A stretch of DNA of 64,000 nt from Hypanus sabinus (Eukaryota). The DNA lies in contig NC_082714.1 of NCBI RefSeq assembly GCF_030144855.1, forward strand, positions 148,614,001 through 148,678,000. Reading direction: 5' to 3'. The translations under genes were made by a program, and so were the position numbers. Of the stretch, positions 57,601 to 64,000 are shown piece by piece (position 1 is the stretch's first letter; every line of letters starts with the position of its first letter). The notes under the pieces were generated by a model, which saw only the letters and a program-made list of their open reading frames with translations, was not told the origin of the DNA and searched no databases.

Positions 57601-60600
57601 CTAAACAAAATATTTTGCTTTAAAATTATTTTACTTTCAGCAGCAGCTGTTTCATGTTTGCTTCTGAATTTCACACTGTAACAAATTTCAAAGTTTTATT
57701 CAGTAAAATGTTTCTGGATAAAGAAGTCAAAACAAAAGTCAGGAAGTTTATTATCAAAATAAATATACGTCACTATATATTACTCCGAGATGTATTTTCT
57801 TGAAGGCATTCAAGCAAGATAGCTGAGTACTAGCCACCCATACAATATAATCAATTTGGCTCATCAGTAGTCTTTTGACTAACTTACACAGAGAACCAGT
57901 AACTAAATAGTTAAAAATGCTACTTAGTGCACTGCTGTTACTTAGAAACAAATTTTAAGTATTAAAACAAAATGCATTAATATAGATTTCAATTTTGATC
58001 AGATTTATACACACACACACACACACAATATATTTACATATACACACAAAAAATCAAAGTTACATTCAAAAACTAAATACTAAGATAATGCTCATGGAAA
58101 CCATGGTTGAGGGGTTGAGGTTTGGCTTACATTAGCTTGGATCTTAAAAACTAAGCAGCTTCTTTGGAAATGCACAATTTCCATAAAATTGTTGGATTTA
58201 TTTATTTGGTTAATATTCTTTCTGGTTGTACAATTTCAGAGCACTACTTTATAAAGCAGTCACATGAAAAGCCTAACAGCAGAGTAACAAAATATTCACC
58301 TGTCCGTCTCCTTTGAGGTTGAGGCTTTTTATTCTCATCATTCACTTGAGCTTGATTTTGTATTAGAGGCAGTGAAACAACTGTGAAAAAGGAAACAATT
58401 CACTACCCATTACTATTCTTCAACTTAAAACTGCTTAATGTACAGCACCATATTTCTGCCTGTCCTCAAGCTTTGAACTGAAAACTGACAGATGGCATCA
58501 GATTAACCAAGATAAAAAACCAAATAAATAAACTGCAAGACTACATTCTTCACAATATAGGAAGCAGGTTTTTCATGAAGAATTTGATGTGACCACTGTT
58601 GCAAATCTGAAAATCTACCTTTCTTTTGCTCCAGACCAACAGGTTGCTGATTGATACTGGTAGCAATTTTATCCTGTTGCAGGTTCTTCTGGTTAAGACC
58701 CTCTGTTGGACTTGTCTGCACACCTTGTTCCACCATAGGACTTTGTCTTGATGGTAAAAATGGAAAACCAGTAGCTGCTAAATAGGGAAATTTATTTCAG
58801 CAACTACAAAGAGGAATTGAACACAATCCATAACATGCTTACATGCAATGAAAGAGATTCTACTAACAAACATAAAAAAAAACTACCAGTCAGCAGTAAT
58901 GTACTAGTGACAAAATGATCATTGGTTAGTTAACTTATTTCAAAAAGCATACAAATGGATGAACAAATACTCAATTCAATTATTGGCCTTGTACCAGAAT
59001 AACCAGAAATATTTACTCTAATTTTTGAAAAGCACATTTAAGATACATTCCTTTTACAAACAACATTTCAACATTCAACAGGAACAGTGAACAAAGTAGA
59101 TGACATTTTATGTAGTACCATCGATATATTGACAATGCAAGTCCTCCACACAACTATTATACTTAGCTCCACAACTGGTTTAGAGTACTCCATTTGTTAG
59201 AAATGAGATTCTTTTTGGAATGTCAGAACAAATCATTTAAAATATTGACAAAGGGATTCAAATAGAAACCTGGAAAAACCCAAGGTTTGTAGTTCAAAGC
59301 TGCCGTGTATTATATTTTTCAGTCTTCCCACAGGCAGTGCTTCCCTACGTAACCATTTTACATTGTGCAATGTTATATTCTGATGGAGGGTGTTCACTGA
59401 ATGTGCCCTGGTCCTGATATATGATGAGCAACTGTGCAACTTCAGCCAATTTCAAGATATTTGCTCTTGTGTGACACCTGTCCCAAACGCCTATCGGGAT
59501 GTATTTATTGCTGCCTATTTGCAGAACTTCCAGAATCCAAAGTCTTTTGCCATTTCAATATTTAACCCATCATAAATGGCTGCTAATCTCAAAATTATTT
59601 CCCTTAATTCATCTAAATAATAAGTACATAGTCACCCTCTCAGTTCTTCCACTACAAGAGATATGTCACACTGCTTGTTCAGCATCCTGTTGTTCAGCAT
59701 CTTGTTCTCTCATCCATGGGTGAGAGAAATTTTCCAAGTATCAAGACTGAAGCCATCATTTAGATTGCAGTATAGACTGATGCTAACCATCAATTTCACT
59801 TGTCTCAGTTGAAAACAGACATAAGGGAATAACCTAGTATCACAAGTTTAAAAAAAACACACACAGTGCACACCTCAGTCATGAAGAGTTAATGCAGACT
59901 CAAGATACAACTCAGTGAGTGAGAAAAAACTTACTGAAGGAGGTGCAATGGACAGCCTTGGGACTAAAAGAAATCAATAGGGGGAAAAAAGGGAACATTT
60001 GCAGCATTATTTAAAATTGCTGCAATTACAAAATGCTGTTGAATATGCAGCCAAAGTAGCACTTAGAATATTATCAAGGGATCCAAATCCGAGGAATATG
60101 TGACTGCTACACAATCTTGACACTAAACTCAAGGATTGTAAAGCTTACATTCACAGCATTACCCATATGAGAACAGAATCCTATCTGCTGAGAGACACAA
60201 GTTCTTTTAAGGACCAAGTTGAAAACAGTTCTTTAACTGGTCTCCAATATTAGTTGTGTATAGCCAGATCACAACCTATGATTATAATTACAACAATATA
60301 CCAGATTAAGCCCTTTCAAACAATTTTAAATAAATTCAACAGACCAGATAGCTGTGAAAGAATAAAGGATTACATTGAACTTACATCAAAGTACTGAAAA
60401 ATGGAGCATCAACCAACCAGCTGGAGGAACTCAGCAATCTGAGCAGCATTTGTGGGAGGTGGGGAAGATATTATTAACATTTCAGACCTGATGCAGGGTT
60501 TGGACCCAAAATATCAGCAATTCCTTTTTCTACCACAGATGCTGCTCCACTCAACTAGGTTTTTCCAGCAGATAGTCTGTTGTTCCAGGTTCTAGCATTT

Positions 60601-62956
60601 GCAGAGTCATGCACTTCCATTCTGAAAATGGCTTCACCCTGATATACTAAATTTAAAAATTTATGTGAAGTGATAGAACAGACTAACCAATATGGTTGGA
60701 AGACATTTATATAGATTTTTGCTAGACTGATCAATGTCCAATTTCAAACAAGCTTGGAATCATTTTGTTCCATCTCCTTTGTACCAAAATGTTTAGTAGT
60801 GAATAATTAATACACAACAGCTCAAAAAGGTCTCAAACTAGATTAGCTACCAAGATTTAATTAGGTCAGCAGCAAACTTCCCAACTACATTTTACACCAC
60901 CCAACTTAACAACATACAAGATGATTTTTCAAAAAGCCTAATGATCCTTCAAATGCCAACAGCTTAGTTTGTGGATATGGAAGATTACTAGAATTAGACT
61001 GCTTGATCAATTGACTAATTCAAAAGATGCAAACTTATTAAAGAACCTGAATGCTTGACACTACTTAAATCAGAAGCAGTAAACCTAAAAAATATACACG
61101 GCTCAGATTCCAAACTCAACTGCAAGAACATCTTTGTCTAAGTACATGTGAAGTATAAAACAAAGTTTCATTTTGTAATAATAAAGTACCAACAGAACTT
61201 CAGTTGCCATCAACTTGAAATTAACCATGATGTACATCAGCTACATCAGACAATAATGTCATAGATAAAGGGTCTACAGACCCAAGCACAAGACAACCAT
61301 GTGCATCTTTGGTTAGTTAGCAACAAATCAATAGAAAGCAATCTTTTTACATGATCCTGAACAATGAACCCACTATTAGCAACATCTTTTTATTCAGAAA
61401 TCTAATGTATCCATTTTATTAAAAAAAATAATCATTTCAGAAGGCTGACTTCAAAAACCTGACTATTTTGATCAGCAGGAAAGGCTATGAAGTAACATCT
61501 GCTACTGTACACAGTCACAAACCCGCCACCTGACAGAAGTCGTGGTCGTTTTCGACTCCAAAGGATGAACAACAACACCAGCACCACAAGAGAAAACACC
61601 AATTTAGAGTTGCGGCCAACTTTGTAATGGGTTAAATTTTGGCATTTGAACAGATATTTGCTTGGACCCATTGAAAGGACAGCTCAATTATTCCACACTG
61701 CTCCAGCAATGTCAGTACCAAAAACCTTCAAAGCATACATCATTTACTTTTAGGTTACAGCTCTTCACCTATATATGAAACTGGAATTTGTATTTAATTG
61801 TGTTAACACATAAAGATGATAAATTTTTCAAAGTCAACTATTCCACAATGGCGTTCCCTCCACCATGTCCAGCACTCACCCCCACCACACTGCCCAAATA
61901 AATGCAAACAGACTGGTGGAGCTCTTATCTTAAAAATACCTGCTACAATATAAATCAGTACAGGAAAATTACATGGAGCATTCAACATAGAAACAGGTCA
62001 AAGCTCTAGAACATCAGCAAAGAAACAATCTATTCAAGTCAGTAGTTAGCTAATTATGCACTAAACCATATTTCTGCAATGGAACTAGCAAAGAACCAAC
62101 TGCATCTCAGAATAAAAGTAGTTGCACAAGAACCAAATCAACATGGTGACAGCATGTGCCCAACTCAATACTGGTGATGGAATTTCCATTATTTAAAATT
62201 GGAAGGGAAATCTCAATAAAAAAAGTACAGCTTTAAGTGCAATAAAACTTTAAAAAGTATATGAAATTGCTTAAGTATTACAAGAGGATCACATTGCTCC
62301 AAATTGGAGGGCCACGTGTTCCCCTTATCATACTCTGTCTGCAAGCCAAAAGATTAGTGTAGGTTATAAGGATGAAGAAACTGGAAAAAAAAAACACAAA
62401 ACATTGCAATACATCAGTAATGAAATCCCTGAACACCAGTGATGAGACAAGCAAATCACAAGTATGATACTTGCACACCATTAGGTTTTTAAAAACAAGA
62501 ATTTAATATTAACTATTTGTAAGAATATAATTATAAAAAAATTGATATCATTTAAAGTCAATTAAAACCAGACTGGTTAAATTTGATACAGTCAAATTAG
62601 GAATAAATGGAATCCACCTGGACTACTGTTTTGGAATTCTATACATACGATGAGCTTGTCTCTTATCATATTTATGAATTAGATAAAAATACTTCAGTAA
62701 ACAAAAATCCAAATAAGTACCACATGCTGGATGAAGGCACATTTCAGGATTAGACAAGACAGAATACCATCTACCTAGCATAACAAACAATCTTAAGCAG
62801 ACTACAGACAGACGTTACCCTGAGAAATCAGTTGGCTTTTCTGCAAAGGTGCTGGATCAGGTGGTATTTCAAGCTCTGTAAAGGCTGGTTGAGGTGAGGG
62901 AGGACTATCAGTACTGGACTGAGAAACAGTTGTGATTTGAGTGGGTGTTGAACATC
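54450..62956 (-). CDS. LSM14B: LSM14 homolog B (RAP55B), 3' coding exons; Lsm-domain exons lie beyond the right edge
   Basis: Exons 62819-62956, 58619-58777, 58300-58380, 56967-57128, 56220-56385 and 54450-54615 splice in frame. They contain the FDF ([11 protein letters not shown]), FFD ([13 protein letters not shown]) and TFG ([13 protein letters not shown]) boxes and RGG repeats. The C-terminal ...SRV* and synteny fit LSM14B. Confidence 0.9.
54850..55060 (-). mobile_element. Degenerate tRNA-derived SINE
   Basis: Minus strand begins GGCAGTGTAGTGATTAGC...GGGTTCATTTC (A/B-box-like), followed by GGGTTTCCTCAGTGCTTC...CCTCCCGCAC, a V-SINE-like core. Confidence 0.55.
56220..56385 (-). CDS. LSM14B: LSM14B exon with FFD box
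   Basis: [55 protein letters not shown]. Confidence 0.93.
56967..57128 (-). CDS. LSM14B: LSM14B exon with FDF motif
   Basis: [54 protein letters not shown]. Confidence 0.93.
58009..58027. repeat. (AC)n microsatellite
   Basis: About 9 AC units. Confidence 0.9.
58300..58380 (-). CDS. LSM14B: LSM14B exon (81 nt)
   Basis: [27 protein letters not shown]; cacag acceptor, gtgaat donor. Confidence 0.88.
58619..58777 (-). CDS. LSM14B: LSM14B exon (159 or 156 nt; NAGNAG acceptor)
   Basis: (A)[52 protein letters not shown]; conserved SPMVEQxVQT motif. Confidence 0.9.
60405..60605. mobile_element. Old inverted pair of Penelope-like terminal repeats
   Basis: GCTGGAGGAACTCAGC...GCAGCATTTGTGG, then CTGATGCAGGGTTTGGACCCAAAA (60488), then CCACAGATGCTGC...TCCAGC. 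Confidence 0.6.
62819..62956 (-). CDS. LSM14B: LSM14B probable cassette exon (138 nt, S/P/T-rich)
   Basis: Long polypyrimidine tract plus ctaacag acceptor, gtaacg donor, phase 1-1. Open frame [45 protein letters not shown]. Confidence 0.75.
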
Positions 62957-64000
62957 CTGTTAGAGTGCAGGAAAGAGAAAAAAAAAGGGAACCAGAGGAT
63001 CAATGCTGCCAACTTTGACAAAAATTATCTTCAAATTCTAAAGATACTTTACAATAACTCCATTAGACATTAACTGTCAAAAGTAATATTAAAAATCCAC
63101 AAGAACAAATTACATACTATGTGGTGCAAAATCAGAGTAAAAATAGAGGAGAAAGGCAGCCAAAGGTGAAAAACCCAGCAGTAAGCTAAAATGAATTTAC
63201 CACCAGAACCTTCATTTCCAGCAACAGGTAATTCAAAAAGATGAATGGATGAGTGGAATGGGGGTAGTGCTGATGTCACAAAGTAGTCAAAATTCCATTC
63301 AGTGTTTTTTTCCAAAGATCCAAATACTCTGGCATAGGATGAAGAATATTGCAGTACTCAGTTTTATTGTAAAAACCAAACTTCCAAACATTTTGACTAC
63401 AAGGAATCAAACTTACACATAAATCAATTTTGTTAAAATCAAGTTTAGTTTTAAAAAAGAGAAATAATTTCACATCATGGGTTTCTTAACAAAAAACAAC
63501 TATGGAAACCAAGTCTACAGATGCCGTCAAATTTGGATTATCATCTGTAGCAGTAGCACCTTAAAGTGCATTGCTAGGAAGCTTTAGAAACAAACCAGAC
63601 CTCTATATAGACTTGCAATAATTGAAGGGGCTCAACCATTTCAGCTTTAAAAACTCTTATTTTGTCAAAACTGTTAAGAATATTGCTACGTGTTTTGCAA
63701 TCACAACAGTCAATGCAATAGTTGAATAAGCAATGATGTGAACAACATTCTAAGAGGTGATTACACACACATACAAATATTTACTGCCAAATCACAGCCA
63801 TAATTCAAATCTTTGCCTTATCCTTTGTCTAGTGGAAGTTGAAGAAAATCTGGTAAATTATTGCAACTAAATTCAGCACATTCATTGTTTTTTTTTAGAA
63901 AGACATTATGAATCACTGCGGACAAGTGACTGCAACTTGGATCTGGCAAACTGTGAGGCAATGTAGTAATCACTATTTTGTTTACTTTACACTGGATTCA

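Noticed and set aside
63201-63328. Possible extra LSM14B exon (ccag...GTG|gtaaat)
   Set aside because: 128 nt, frameshifting with an in-frame stop; no recognisable homology and only moderate splice signals.

Overview
Vertebrate nuclear DNA, most likely a cartilaginous fish such as a ray or shark; this is inferred from the repeat complement, not from a search. The window holds the conserved SS18L1 (-) / PSMA7 (+) / LSM14B (-) gene trio. SS18L1 coding exons 1-5 run 41384 to 10528, with later exons beyond the left edge. PSMA7 is complete: 7 exons, 41800-48065, 249 aa. It shares a ~415 bp CpG-island bidirectional promoter with SS18L1. The 3' part of LSM14B comprises six coding exons from 62956 to 54450 plus a non-coding last exon, converging tail-to-tail on PSMA7. 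The introns are packed with CR1 and Rex1/Babar LINEs, Penelope-like element (PLE) fragments, Tc1/Tigger/hAT DNA elements and three small solo LTRs with intact target-site duplications. The most notable non-obvious signal is about 10 dispersed copies of a PLE terminal repeat carrying a minimal hammerhead-ribozyme motif. One copy has an intact catalytic core and a 12-bp TSD; another forms a long fold-back in PSMA7 intron 1. Other signals: a ~95-bp copy of the LSM14B proximal 3'UTR/poly(A) signal inside PSMA7 intron 6, an ISRE in the shared promoter, a candidate poison exon in SS18L1 intron 1, and a PSMA7 protein with mixed PSMA7/PSMA8 residues. Exon coordinates were read by hand from splice sites. 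Repeat boundaries are approximate unless TSDs/TIRs are cited. Comparisons with human proteins and exon lengths are from memory.
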